64,000 nt of DNA from Bacteroidia bacterium (GTDB lineage Bacteria; Bacteroidota; Bacteroidia; NS11-12g; UBA9320). Below the pieces are notes generated by a model. That model worked only from the letters and a program-made list of their open reading frames with translations. It was not told where the DNA came from and made no database searches. Below, in pieces: positions 19,890 through 30,168 of this stretch. Location: the NCBI GenBank assembly GCA_017640445.1, contig JAEPQQ010000003.1, positions 42,543 to 106,542 on the forward strand, written 5' to 3'. Position 1 is the stretch's first letter. Each line of letters begins with the position of its first letter. The translations under genes were made by a program, and so were the position numbers.

Positions 19890-21487
19890 GTAAAAGACTA
19901 ACATATCTTGGACTGGCGTTGTTGGGCGGCGTTTTACCCGCCATTGGCTGGCCCCCTCACAAACTTTCGTTTCTACTGTTTTTTGCGTTTGTGCCTTTCC
20001 TCCTTCTGGAAACGCACTTCGTTGAAAAGAAAAGGGGTATCTGGTTTGGTCTATACGCATACCTTGGGCTATTCGTTTTTAATCTCATTACTACATGGTG
20101 GGTTTGGAACGCTTCCCCCGGAGGTGCTGTGTTTATGCTTTTCGCAAACAGCTTCCTTATGCTCATCCCATTCCTGAGCTACCGATTCTGTAAAAAAATA
20201 CTAGGACAGGGACGTGGCCTGCTCATGTTTATTGCCACTTGGCTGACCTTCGAATATTTTCATTTTCGCTGGGACCTAAACTATCCGTGGTTAACCCTCG
20301 GAAACGGGTTTGCTACGTCTACAAGCCTGGTTCAATGGTACGAATATACGGGAGCCCCCGGAGGCAGTTTATGGATTCTCCTATCCAATGCCCTTATATT
20401 TCTCCTTGTCACCCAGTACAAACGTTCCATTGCCGTTTGCACGGCGCTATTGCTTCTAGTTCCCATTGGTTGGTCATGGATTCTTGGGCGTACGCAGAAC
20501 ACGTGTAAAGCAAAAAACGAGATCCTCATTATTCAACCCAACATTGACCCGTATAAAAAATTTGACGCAGGAAAAGACGTTGAACAACTCGAGCTTTTCC
20601 TTAAGTTGTGCCAAGAAGGGGTTACGCCCGACACCCGGCTTATTGTTTTACCTGAAACAGCTCTGGTTGGTAACACTAATGAGACCTACCTGTCCAGAAG
20701 CTATGCGGTACGGCAGCTAAAAGCCTTTCTGAGCCAACACCCAGGGGTTGGCATGCTGATAGGTGCATCTACCCACCGGTTTTACAAAGAAGGTGAGTCC
20801 CTTCCTCCCTATCCAAGATATTATGAACCTGAAGATCGCTATTACGATTCCTACAACACCGCCGTTCAACTAAAGTCAGATGGCTCAATAGAACTTTACC
20901 ATAAATCTAAACTCGTACCAGGAGTAGAAAGTCTTCCTTTCCCGCAATTCTTTAAGGAATTCGATGCAATTCTGAAGTTAGACTTTGGTGGAGAGTCGGG
21001 TAACCTGGGCAAGGACAAGCAGGCTAAGACGTTCTATTACGAAGCACCTGACACCACCTCAAAGCCCCAATTGGGTGTTGCTCCCCTGATCTGTTATGAA
21101 TCTATTTTTGGTGAGTACGTTGGTGATTTTGTGCGTAAAAAGGCAACGGTACTTGCCGTTATAACCAACGACGGTTGGTGGAAAAATACGGCCGGACACA
21201 AACAGCATATGCATTACGCCCGTTTACGAGCCATTGAGTATCGCAGATATGTAATTCGTAGTGCAAACACGGGCATAAGCTGTGTGATAGACGACAACGG
21301 AAACGTACTGGAGGAACTGGGTTGGTGGCAAGAAGGAAGCATCCGGGCCCGAGTACCGTCTCTTACCTATGAGACGTTTTATTCACGTTCGGGTGACTAT
21401 TTAGGCAAACTTGCTGTGTTTATTTTTGTTTTTATGGGTCTAAGCATTGTGGTAAAATGGAGAGTACAAAAATCGGAATTGAAGTAA
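19886..21487 (+). CDS. lnt: Apolipoprotein N-acyltransferase
   Basis: TM N-terminal half; QPNI, PETA, KSKLVPGVE, ICYES, TNDGW, RSANTGIS nitrilase-fold motifs; ATGA overlap with rsmI. Confidence 0.9.
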   Translation: MSKRLTYLGLALLGGVLPAIGWPPHKLSFLLFFAFVPFLLLETHFVEKKRGIWFGLYAYLGLFVFNLITTWWVWNASPGGAVFMLFANSFLMLIPFLSYRFCKKILGQGRGLLMFIATWLTFEYFHFRWDLNYPWLTLGNGFATSTSLVQWYEYTGAPGGSLWILLSNALIFLLVTQYKRSIAVCTALLLLVPIGWSWILGRTQNTCKAKNEILIIQPNIDPYKKFDAGKDVEQLELFLKLCQEGVTPDTRLIVLPETALVGNTNETYLSRSYAVRQLKAFLSQHPGVGMLIGASTHRFYKEGESLPPYPRYYEPEDRYYDSYNTAVQLKSDGSIELYHKSKLVPGVESLPFPQFFKEFDAILKLDFGGESGNLGKDKQAKTFYYEAPDTTSKPQLGVAPLICYESIFGEYVGDFVRKKATVLAVITNDGWWKNTAGHKQHMHYARLRAIEYRRYVIRSANTGISCVIDDNGNVLEELGWWQEGSIRARVPSLTYETFYSRSGDYLGKLAVFIFVFMGLSIVVKWRVQKSELK

Positions 21488-22113
21488 AACGCCTTGGAGC
21501 GATAGACTACCAAAAGGCCTGGGACCTTCAAAAAAGTACGGTTGATCTGCGACTGAAAGGCGAGGCACGAGACCGTCTTATTTTGTGTGAGCACAACCAT
21601 GTCTATACTTTTGGAAAAAGTGCCGACCAAAACAACCTGCTGATCAATGATGTTTTCCTAAAAAACATAGGCGCGCAAAAATTCGAAATAGAACGAGGAG
21701 GAGATATTACTTATCATGGTCCGGGTCAATTGGTTGGGTACCCAATTCTTAACCTACACGAGTTAGGCATTGGGGTTAAGCGTTACGTAGACCTTTTGGA
21801 GGAAAGTTTGATTGTGACGCTTGAAAAATTTGGTATTCAAACAACCCGAATTGACAGCCTTACAGGTATTTGGCTGGTGGATGGTCCACCGCGAAAGATA
21901 GCAGCAATAGGGATCAAAGTAAGCCGGGGAATTACCATGCACGGCTTTGCGTTAAACGTAAACACTGATCTTTCGTACTTTAATCATATTGTTCCCTGTG
22001 GAATTACCGATAAGTCGGTTACCTCAATGGAAAAAGAACTCGGCAAGACGTTGGATTTCGAGCATGTAACCCAGGTGTATGAAACCGTTTTCCAGGAAAT
22101 TTTATACAGCTAA
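21457..22113 (+). CDS. lipB: Lipoyl(octanoyl) transferase
   Basis: CEHNHVYT.G, RGGDITYHGPGQ, KIAAIG, HGFALN, PCGI. Confidence 0.95.
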   Translation: MESTKIGIEVKRLGAIDYQKAWDLQKSTVDLRLKGEARDRLILCEHNHVYTFGKSADQNNLLINDVFLKNIGAQKFEIERGGDITYHGPGQLVGYPILNLHELGIGVKRYVDLLEESLIVTLEKFGIQTTRIDSLTGIWLVDGPPRKIAAIGIKVSRGITMHGFALNVNTDLSYFNHIVPCGITDKSVTSMEKELGKTLDFEHVTQVYETVFQEILYS

Positions 22114-22139
22114 AGTACTTCCTGCACCATTTTCTCAAA

Positions 22140-22330
22140 CGATACAGGTCGTACTTGATAGCTACTCATTACGTGTCGTAAACTTTACATTACGTTGGCA
22201 ATCTCACTCACTTGCCAGGTCCTTAGTTCTCACGCTAAAGAATTGATTAACACGTAACTCCTTTACCCAGATTGAAATGCAATCTGGCTTTTGACATCAG
22301 AGGTTGCCCTCTGGTTCTAATTACCGTATT
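22140..22330 (-). ncRNA. Candidate structured small RNA (boundaries approximate, family unknown)
   Basis: Stems at 22298-22313 (GCAA tetraloop on the minus strand), 22267-22287 and 22196-22217, plus a long-range pair 22169-22176/22250-22257. No long ORF. Confidence 0.35.
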
Positions 22331-22370
22331 ACAGACGATTGTGGGCGCAGTTTTGATGCCTTAGTGCGCC

Positions 22371-22406
22371 CTTAAAAACTCTTAAAATATCTTAAAAAAG
22401 TCTTAA
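22371..22406. repeat. Four phased CTTAA direct repeats (putative response-regulator binding sites)
   Basis: CTTAAAAACT CTTAAAATAT CTTAAAAAAG T CTTAA; copies at 22371, 22381, 22391 and 22402. Confidence 0.7.
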
Positions 22407-22411
22407 CTGGC

Positions 22412-23623
22412 TCATTGTTTCAGTATGGTTTCGTGGCGCGAAAAGCCCTGCATATCTATTGTCACAACATGATACATGCCAGGTTGAAGTGCTGAAATAT
22501 TGAGGGTTGCCTCTCCATCCTGAGCCTCTAAAACAACTCGCCCCAGTTGGTCTGTGATCAACACTTCTGCAATGGATTGGCCCACGTTAATTTCACCTTG
22601 AGCGGGATTTGGGTAGATTCTGGCATCGGTTCTCTCCGAAACATCCCTAACGGCAACCGTTGCATCGGATACCGTAGCAACGTAAAACTTGTTCGAATGG
22701 TCGAATCCACCTGACAGGTTGGTACCTGTACCCATGTACACCTTATCGTCTACAACTTCTGACACCGACCAAGACAAACCTGACCCACTTGCGAAACCCA
22801 ACTTAAAGGCCTTGCTCCAGGTGTTGTTTTCTGGATCATAGGCAAAGAAGTCGTCGTACTGAGTACTGTAATTGGTCTCTCCCCCACCAATAAAACCGTA
22901 CCCCTTGGCCGCAAAGCCAATCGCCGCCTTTCGGGGTGCACCAGGAAAACGCGCCTTTTCAACCCAGGTATTTGTTTCAGGTGTAAACTCATAGAAACTC
23001 GATTCGCCTGCCAGCGCATCCCTACTACCTGTGCCCATATATATTTTACCGTTCAGCACAAAACCCGCTGCAAAGATTGATCGCCCACCTGGATAGTGCT
23101 CCAATTGCTTCCATTCATCTTTATCGGGGTCGTATTCCCAGGTTTCAAACTGATAATCGCTTCCATCGTATCCTCCAATAACGTAGCCTTTCCCATTTAA
23201 TGAACAGGCAAAAGACCCGTTTATGAGCCCCCCTCCAAAATCTGCAATGGCTGTCCACTCGTCTAACGCCGGATCATACTTGTAGAAGTCCTGCGTCAAA
23301 TTGTTCCCTGACTTGTCTCCGCCACCGATGTATCCCATTCCATTGAGGCTAAAGGAAACAGCCCACGTACGACCATGGTCTCCGGGAATAGGCGCTTTTT
23401 CCGACCACGTATTGTTGGCCGTGTTAAGCGCATAAAACCGATTGGTGTCTGATCCATGACTTACGTATACCACGTTGTCAATCTCAAACGAAGTACAGCT
23501 GTTTGTTGCTTCTCCCGGAAAGTCAGCTATGGCTGTCCATTGTCCGAATGTTTGCATAACCCCAGCCGTTAACAAGGTTATGATTGCCGAAATAAATCGT
23601 GTTTTTTGATGTATTGTTTTCAT
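22412..23623 (-). CDS. Kelch-repeat beta-propeller protein with T9SS type A sorting domain
   Basis: Signal peptide; repeated GG...YDP..W Kelch units; C-terminal IYPNPA...LQPGMY. Confidence 0.85.
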   Translation of the reverse strand: MKTIHQKTRFISAIITLLTAGVMQTFGQWTAIADFPGEATNSCTSFEIDNVVYVSHGSDTNRFYALNTANNTWSEKAPIPGDHGRTWAVSFSLNGMGYIGGGDKSGNNLTQDFYKYDPALDEWTAIADFGGGLINGSFACSLNGKGYVIGGYDGSDYQFETWEYDPDKDEWKQLEHYPGGRSIFAAGFVLNGKIYMGTGSRDALAGESSFYEFTPETNTWVEKARFPGAPRKAAIGFAAKGYGFIGGGETNYSTQYDDFFAYDPENNTWSKAFKLGFASGSGLSWSVSEVVDDKVYMGTGTNLSGGFDHSNKFYVATVSDATVAVRDVSERTDARIYPNPAQGEINVGQSIAEVLITDQLGRVVLEAQDGEATLNISALQPGMYHVVTIDMQGFSRHETILKQ

Positions 23624-23666
23624 ATTTACCGTTTGACCCGAGATACGGCAGGCAACTTTATTGCTG

Positions 23667-23730
23667 CCTAAAGCCTCTCTTAAAAAGGCCTAAAAACACT
23701 TAAAAAATGCTTAAAGTGCTGTGCTTAAAA
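23667..23730. promoter_or_regulatory. Phased C(T/C)TAAA repeat array in the divergent Kelch/histidine-kinase promoter
   Basis: Copies at 23667, 23679, 23689, 23699, 23710 and 23724; mostly 10-12 bp spacing. Confidence 0.6.
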
Positions 23731-23771
23731 CACCCTCACTTTAAGAATTTCTAAGTTTGTTGTACATCGTA

Positions 23772-25259
23772 ATGGAAAAACGGAAAAGACTGGGTATACT
23801 AATTGTCTTTGTGTCGGTTTCTTTTCTGGGACTGTTGTGGACTCAATATCTCTGGATCAGAAACAACATAAAGCAATCAAACAATGAGTTCGACCAAAAG
23901 GTAAATGCCCTGGTCGTGAAGGTAGTCCGTGAGGTTGAAAACGAAAACTACTGCGTTGACATGTTTAGCAAGGTAGACCTGCCTCAAGGACAAACGCTTC
24001 GCATTCTGGCCATGAACGATAGTACACAGAAAGCAGACACAATCCCATTGTACCTCTACTTCCAAAATGCCAATAAGGTTGATTCTTTGTACAGCTTCGA
24101 CAGTCTCCTGTTTTCGTACCCTACCGAGATCCAGATGAACTTGGATGTGACTTTTCTGGAGCACAACATCGTTAATCCAAACCCGCCTATTCACGACTTT
24201 CATGGATTCGAACGAAGGTTTGAAGATAACAGCCTAAATGTGCACATGCTCGACACCCTGCTGCATCGTGAATTTAAAAAGAACGACATTGATCGCACAT
24301 TTCATTTCTTGCTACAGAGCCCCAGAACAGGGAACCAGTTTTTCACTAGCAACGCTGAAATATCACCCGACGATATTCGCTCTGGAATTCGTTCCATTAT
24401 TTTCAACAATTCCCGTTACTACGAACCGTTGGAACTGTTTGTGTTTTTCCCAGACCGGAACACACATTCCATTACAAGCAATCTTATTACTATCCTAAGC
24501 TCTTTCGTTCTGGTTGTTATGATCGTTCTATTGTTTGTTTTCTTCTTCAGAATGCTGGTTCAGGAACGGCGACTATCTGAAATGAAGGTAGACTTTGTAA
24601 ATAACATAACACACGAGTTCAGAACACCACTTTCCAATATCAAACTGGCAGCAAACGCACTTCGCAAAGACATGCCACAAACCGGGCAAAAGCTAATTGA
24701 GATTATTGAAGAGGAAAACGAACGTCTTCAAAAAGGCATTGATCTGGCTTTGACTACCTCGCTTCTCAACAAAGACGAAATTCTATTGGATCGTGAAGAA
24801 AAAGACATTCATGAACTCTTACGACGGCTAGTTCAAGGCAGTTTGCTAGTTGCCGAAGAAAAAAATGGTAGTATTCACCTCCATCTTAAATCCACCCACC
24901 ATACGTTGTTTATAGATGAACTTCACATGACTAATGTATTTAGTAACCTAATTTACAACGCATTAAAATATTCGAATGCTTCGCCGGCAATTCACATCGA
25001 TAGTGAACTTCACAAAAACGAACTGCATATTGCGGTTAAAGACAATGGTATAGGCATTGCCGAACGAGACCTGCCATACATTTTTGACCGCTTCTACCGC
25101 GTATCAACCCAAAACCGACACGAAACCCGGGGGTATGGCATCGGGCTATACTACGTAAAGATGATTGTGGAGGCCCATGGCGGGCGTATTTCTGCTACCT
25201 CAAGCCTCGGTAAAGGGACAACGTTTAACTTATACCTACCTACAAATGCAAATGAATAA
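23772..25259 (+). CDS. Two-component sensor histidine kinase
   Basis: Two TM helices; FVNNITHEFRTPL (H-box); NLIYNALKY, DNGIGI, IFDRFYR, GYGIGL (HATPase). Confidence 0.93.
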   Translation: MEKRKRLGILIVFVSVSFLGLLWTQYLWIRNNIKQSNNEFDQKVNALVVKVVREVENENYCVDMFSKVDLPQGQTLRILAMNDSTQKADTIPLYLYFQNANKVDSLYSFDSLLFSYPTEIQMNLDVTFLEHNIVNPNPPIHDFHGFERRFEDNSLNVHMLDTLLHREFKKNDIDRTFHFLLQSPRTGNQFFTSNAEISPDDIRSGIRSIIFNNSRYYEPLELFVFFPDRNTHSITSNLITILSSFVLVVMIVLLFVFFFRMLVQERRLSEMKVDFVNNITHEFRTPLSNIKLAANALRKDMPQTGQKLIEIIEEENERLQKGIDLALTTSLLNKDEILLDREEKDIHELLRRLVQGSLLVAEEKNGSIHLHLKSTHHTLFIDELHMTNVFSNLIYNALKYSNASPAIHIDSELHKNELHIAVKDNGIGIAERDLPYIFDRFYRVSTQNRHETRGYGIGLYYVKMIVEAHGGRISATSSLGKGTTFNLYLPTNANE

Positions 25260-25935
25260 TACGATACTCGTTGTTGAAGACGACAAGAATACGGGCTTCC
25301 TTCTTGAGAAGCGTCTTAAGGAAGAGGGATTTGATGTAGTGATATGCACCGATGGCAAACAGGCTCTGGACGCCTTCGAACCCCATGCTTTCTGCTTGTG
25401 TATTTTGGATGTAATGCTGCCGAGCAAAGATGGCCTGGAGCTTGGAAGGGACATACGGGAAGAAGACGACACAACTCCGGTAATCTTTCTAACCGCCAGA
25501 AATCTCAAAAGCGACAAAGTGAGAGGTTATAAAACGGGTTGCGACGACTACATTACGAAACCTTTTGACGTAGATGAATTGGTATTTAAGATTCGTGCTA
25601 TTCTCAAAAGAAGTGTTCGTAAGCAACCCCTCGAAAACAAAATAACGGTATCGGATTTAACCTTGCATCGCGATGAGCGATTGATTGTAACAGGTGACAA
25701 AACCACCACGGTTAGCCATAAGGAACTGTTGTTACTCGACCTGTTCTTTTCTCATTTCAATGAGGTGATTCCAAGAAAAGAATTACTTATGAAATGTTGG
25801 GGTAATGACGATTACTTCTCTTCAAAGATTCTGGACGTTTACCTTACCAAGGTTCGTAAGATTCTTAAACTTGATGAGAAGTTAAGACTTCAGAACATCC
25901 ATGGCCATGGTTACAAATTGGTTGCCTCTAAATAA
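25252..25935 (+). CDS. OmpR/PhoB-family response regulator
   Basis: ILVVEDD, LDVMLP, FLTA, DDYITKPF and a winged-helix tail (LDVYLTKVRK, HGHGY); overlaps the kinase stop. Confidence 0.93.
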   Translation: MNNTILVVEDDKNTGFLLEKRLKEEGFDVVICTDGKQALDAFEPHAFCLCILDVMLPSKDGLELGRDIREEDDTTPVIFLTARNLKSDKVRGYKTGCDDYITKPFDVDELVFKIRAILKRSVRKQPLENKITVSDLTLHRDERLIVTGDKTTTVSHKELLLLDLFFSHFNEVIPRKELLMKCWGNDDYFSSKILDVYLTKVRKILKLDEKLRLQNIHGHGYKLVASK

Positions 25936-25943
25936 CCAATCTG

Positions 25944-26918
25944 TTAGCCAAACACCTTGTTTACCAACAGGGTAGCTGCCGCTCTCGACGAAGTCTTCTG
26001 CTCAACCACTTTGTTTCTTAGTTCCTCGTGTAGCTTAGCCAGCCCTTTATCGCGCTGAAACCGATCCAATAGTAGGTTTCCTACTTGTTCCTCAAACCAT
26101 TTAGCCGATTGCTCTTTGCGTGTTCGATCGAAGCTGGCGTTTGCTTTTTGTATATCGACAAAGTGCAGCGCAGTCTTCCATACTTTATGGAGATTTTTCT
26201 CAGATATCGAGTCGACTTGCGTTACTTCTACCTTCCAGTCACGCCGTGCGCTATGTAACAATTGTAGCGCATTTTTGTAGTGGTTTTCGGCTTCTTTAGC
26301 CAGTTTTGGGTTGGTATCTGACTTATTGATCAGAATGGCGTCGGCCATTTCAACAATGCCTCGTTTGATGCCCTGAAGTTCATCGCCTGCTCCAGGAAGT
26401 AGCAATAGCAAAAAGAGGTCAACCATAGAATGCACCAATGTTTCACTTTGTCCCACCCCCACTGTTTCCACCAGAACAACGTCGTATCCAGCCGCCTCGC
26501 AAAGCAGGATGGATTCTCTGGTTTGAGCGGCAACACCACCTAAGGCTGTACCACTTGGAGAAGGTCTAACAAAAGCGTGCTCGGAAGATGCAAGTCGGTT
26601 CATTCGTGTTTTATCACCAAGGATGCTGCCACGGGTTTGCTGGCTTGAAGGGTCAATAGCCAATACCGCTACCTTCTTGTGGCATTGGTCGATCAAATAG
26701 TGGCCAAAGGCATCGATGAAGGTGCTTTTACCAACACCTGGCACACCTGTTATTGCAATTCTGATGGAGTTTCCAGAATGGGGAAGGCACAAATCCAACA
26801 CTTCGTTGGCTAGAAGCTGATGTTGGTCCAAACTGCTTTCCATCAATGTTATAGCTTTCGCCAGGGCCGCCCGATCTCCGCTCAGGATGTCGTTACATAT
26901 GCGTTGTGAGGTATTCAC
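25944..26918 (-). CDS. meaB: Methylmalonyl-CoA mutase-associated GTPase
   Basis: GVPGVGKST, AIDPSS, GDKTRM, ETVGVGQSE, GDELQGIKRG. Confidence 0.93.
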   Translation of the reverse strand: MNTSQRICNDILSGDRAALAKAITLMESSLDQHQLLANEVLDLCLPHSGNSIRIAITGVPGVGKSTFIDAFGHYLIDQCHKKVAVLAIDPSSQQTRGSILGDKTRMNRLASSEHAFVRPSPSGTALGGVAAQTRESILLCEAAGYDVVLVETVGVGQSETLVHSMVDLFLLLLLPGAGDELQGIKRGIVEMADAILINKSDTNPKLAKEAENHYKNALQLLHSARRDWKVEVTQVDSISEKNLHKVWKTALHFVDIQKANASFDRTRKEQSAKWFEEQVGNLLLDRFQRDKGLAKLHEELRNKVVEQKTSSRAAATLLVNKVFG

Positions 26919-28270
26919 TAAAGAAGAAGGTTACCGATAACAAAATACAGAAACAAACCGAGCAAATCGTTACTGGTTGTTATAAATGGCCCTGTTGCCA
27001 GTGCCGGGTCAATCTTAAAACGGTCGAGTAAAAGGGGCACCACAGTTCCAACAACAGCAGCCAGCAGAATAACTGACAGAAGTGCGATGCTCACTGTGGT
27101 CATAATGTCGTTTGAATTACCTGATATCAACCCATAGGCCATTAATAGTGCTGAACAAACCAGTCCGTTGATTAATGCCACCATAAGTTCCTTACCCAAT
27201 TTACCCCAGAGTCCATCACTTTTTATGGTGTTGTTAGCCAACCCCTGAACCATTATAGACGATGACTGTACTCCAATATTTCCGGCCATTGCCATAATGA
27301 GGGGCATAAACAAGGCGAGTTGAACATTGTCTTGCAATTCGGTTTTAAACTGTCCGATCACAATGGAGCTCATCACACCGCCGAATAACCCAATGATAAG
27401 CCATGGCAGGCGCGCTTTCGACAATACCCAAACACGATCTTTTAGCTCTACACTTTGGCTGATACCCGATAGCATTTGATAATCTTTATCGGCTTCCTCT
27501 TTAATAAAATCAACCACGTCGTCGATTGTTACCCGACCCAAAAGTCGCTTGAGTGAGTCAACAATGGGCAACGCAATCAAATCATATTTCTTCATCTTGT
27601 TTGCAATCTCCTCGCCAGAAGAGTTCACATTGGCAAATAAGATGTTGCTATCGAAGATTTCTGAAATAGGTGTATTGGCCTTCGCCAGAATGATCTTTTT
27701 CAACGACACCCATCCCAGCAGTATATCGCTGTCGTCAACCACATATACTGTGTAAACCCGGCTCACTTCCTCTGCCTGTTTTCGTATTTCGTCGGTACAT
27801 TCCTTAACGTTCCAGTTGATATTAACCTTGATCAACTCGCCCCCCATCAAACCACCTGCCGTATCATCCGGATATCGGAGCAGCCGTGTGAGATAGAGTG
27901 ACGTAGGCTTATCAGGAAGAAGTGATATAATTTCAGAAGCCAGTCCGGTATCCAAAACACTAAGCACATCTACTGCATCATCGCTATCCATATGTTGGAT
28001 AAACTCAAGTGCAATTTGCTCTTTACTAAAGCCTTTGAAGAACTTGACACGCACTTCAGGCTCCAATTCAGCAAGAACTTCAATCTTTTTGTCGGAATCG
28101 AGTAACGAGGTTACGTAAACCGCTTGCTCCAGATTGAGATCGTCAAAAATCTCTGCGATATCGGCAGGATACAGACGGGCAAGGACAGGCCTTAGTTCAT
28201 CCTCCTTTTGAAGGTCTATTTGAAGAACAAACTCTTCAATAAATTCCTTATTTAACTCGAAGGTTTCCAT
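26918..28270 (-). CDS. mgtE: Magnesium transporter MgtE
   Basis: PADIAE, CBS pair, RLPWL, GNIGVQ, DPALATGPFITT. Confidence 0.93.
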   Translation of the reverse strand: METFELNKEFIEEFVLQIDLQKEDELRPVLARLYPADIAEIFDDLNLEQAVYVTSLLDSDKKIEVLAELEPEVRVKFFKGFSKEQIALEFIQHMDSDDAVDVLSVLDTGLASEIISLLPDKPTSLYLTRLLRYPDDTAGGLMGGELIKVNINWNVKECTDEIRKQAEEVSRVYTVYVVDDSDILLGWVSLKKIILAKANTPISEIFDSNILFANVNSSGEEIANKMKKYDLIALPIVDSLKRLLGRVTIDDVVDFIKEEADKDYQMLSGISQSVELKDRVWVLSKARLPWLIIGLFGGVMSSIVIGQFKTELQDNVQLALFMPLIMAMAGNIGVQSSSIMVQGLANNTIKSDGLWGKLGKELMVALINGLVCSALLMAYGLISGNSNDIMTTVSIALLSVILLAAVVGTVVPLLLDRFKIDPALATGPFITTSNDLLGLFLYFVIGNLLL

Positions 28271-28273
28271 GCC

Positions 28274-29041
28274 TCAACTACGATATCGCTCTACAAATTC
28301 GGTTAAGTCTTTAAAATCCTGTACAGTCAGGTTTTCAGCACGCAATTTAAACAAATGATTGCTGAGAACTTGGTCCTTCTCCAGGTTAAATTTCTTTAAA
28401 GCATTTGCTACCGTTTTGCGTCGTTGCTGAAAAGCGGTCTTTACAACATCAAAAAACAGAGGTACGTTCCAGTCGATTTCCTGTTCAATCCGACGACCCG
28501 ACAAAACGCCCGACATCACCTTTGGTGGAGGGTTGAACACAGTGGGTGGTATTTCAAACTCCAACTTCGTTTCGTAGAAGGCCTGGATCAAAACAGACAA
28601 GATGCCATAGGTTTTGTTGTTGGGTTCTGCAGCAATGCGCCTGGCTACTTCTAATTGAAACATACCGCAAAACGCAGGTATTCTGTCTACATGGTCAAGA
28701 ATCTTAAAAAGAATCTGAGAAGAGATGTTGTAAGGGAAATTACCAATTACACCAAACTCCGATTCAAACAACTGTGTTATATCGTGCTTGAGAAAGTCGC
28801 CCGAAACGACTTGAAGTCCCACCACAGTTCGCTCCAGGTAATCAACCGACTCCCGATCCAGCTCAATGGCCTTAAATTTAATGTCCTTGGGCAGGAGATA
28901 CTGGGTTAAAACCCCCATACCAGGCCCTACTTCCAACCAGGCTTGAACTGACGTTGTGTCGATCCAATCGGCTGTTCGCTGTGCAATAGACGTATCCTTA
29001 AGGAAGTGTTGTCCCAGATGTTTTTTTGCTCGTACCTTCAT
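28274..29041 (-). CDS. rsmA: 16S rRNA dimethyladenosine transferase
   Basis: KKHLGQHFL, EVGPG.G.LT, NFPYNIS, PPPKV.S, QRRK. Confidence 0.95.
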   Translation of the reverse strand: MKVRAKKHLGQHFLKDTSIAQRTADWIDTTSVQAWLEVGPGMGVLTQYLLPKDIKFKAIELDRESVDYLERTVVGLQVVSGDFLKHDITQLFESEFGVIGNFPYNISSQILFKILDHVDRIPAFCGMFQLEVARRIAAEPNNKTYGILSVLIQAFYETKLEFEIPPTVFNPPPKVMSGVLSGRRIEQEIDWNVPLFFDVVKTAFQQRRKTVANALKKFNLEKDQVLSNHLFKLRAENLTVQDFKDLTEFVERYRS

Positions 29042-30030
29042 CACAACTTCTCTTTTATTCTTGCCAAAAGTTCCACTTCTCCCTCTATTTCAAACCGCAC
29101 AGACTGGACGAACACACTTACGTCTGCTCCTAATTCTTCAAAGATGGGTTTGAGTTTAACCCAGTCCTTATTGGTTGTAACGATTACATAGTCCAACTCC
29201 TCACTTCTATTAACCATCCGAAGAACATCCTTCGTTGTATATCGGTGATGATCGGAAAACGACAATGTTTCTACGTTGGTTAGAGTCTGTTTTATTTGTT
29301 GGGCAAACCGTTGGTTGTTAGCTAAGCCACTTACGGCAAGTGCCGACGACAACATTCGTTCATCTCCATACACCAGTTGAAGCTGATCGGCAGTAGTTCG
29401 AGCATAATACGTAGGTTTCGACAACCCCGAATAGGCCTTGTAACCATGTGGACTTTTGGTAAACACGAGTAAATCGGCCCGATCTATGTTTTTTCTGAAC
29501 TCCCGCAAGCGCCCCATTGGCATTACAAAATCGGAGAAAAACGGTTGGTCGTATATGCTCAAAACGATAGACACCGATGGTTTTACGTACTGATGTTGAA
29601 ACGCATCATCGAGGATAACCAGATTCACTTCAGGGTCGAGATTAAGCAACTGAGGTATTCCAACTACCCGATCTTCACAGACAGCGACTATCGTTTGAGG
29701 ACTGTGTTGCTTGATTTCGAGTGGTTCATCTCCACAGTCAGAGGCTGTACCCGTTTCAGATACTTCTAAAAAACCTTTTGTTCTTCGGCCATACCCTCTG
29801 CTCAAAACACCGATCTTGTAGTCATCAGAAAGCGCTTCTATAAGGTATTTCACCATCGGTGTTTTTCCAGTACCACCAACTGCCAGGTTACCCACCGAGA
29901 TCACAGGTACGTCGAACTCAACCGATTTCAGTATCCGTTTTCTGAACAAGAAATTCCGAATTTCCATTATCGAACCATACAGGATCGAAAAAGGCCAAAG
30001 TATCCATCTCAAGGTTTTCAAGCTCTGCAA
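29041..30030 (-). CDS. lpxK: Tetraacyldisaccharide 4'-kinase
   Basis: SVGNLAVGGTGKTP, SRGYG, GDEP, LDDAFQH, DHH. Confidence 0.93.
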   Translation of the reverse strand: MQSLKTLRWILWPFSILYGSIMEIRNFLFRKRILKSVEFDVPVISVGNLAVGGTGKTPMVKYLIEALSDDYKIGVLSRGYGRRTKGFLEVSETGTASDCGDEPLEIKQHSPQTIVAVCEDRVVGIPQLLNLDPEVNLVILDDAFQHQYVKPSVSIVLSIYDQPFFSDFVMPMGRLREFRKNIDRADLLVFTKSPHGYKAYSGLSKPTYYARTTADQLQLVYGDERMLSSALAVSGLANNQRFAQQIKQTLTNVETLSFSDHHRYTTKDVLRMVNRSEELDYVIVTTNKDWVKLKPIFEELGADVSVFVQSVRFEIEGEVELLARIKEKL

Positions 30031-30168
30031 AGTTGCACTATTTCAAACACTTATGATGATGAATTGACTCCTCCATCTATTTATGTTCGGGCTTAGGTTG
30101 TACGCTTAGGTAAAATTGTGTTGTTTTGTCCGGCTGACCGCCAACTAACCCCAAACAAAATATATGGG

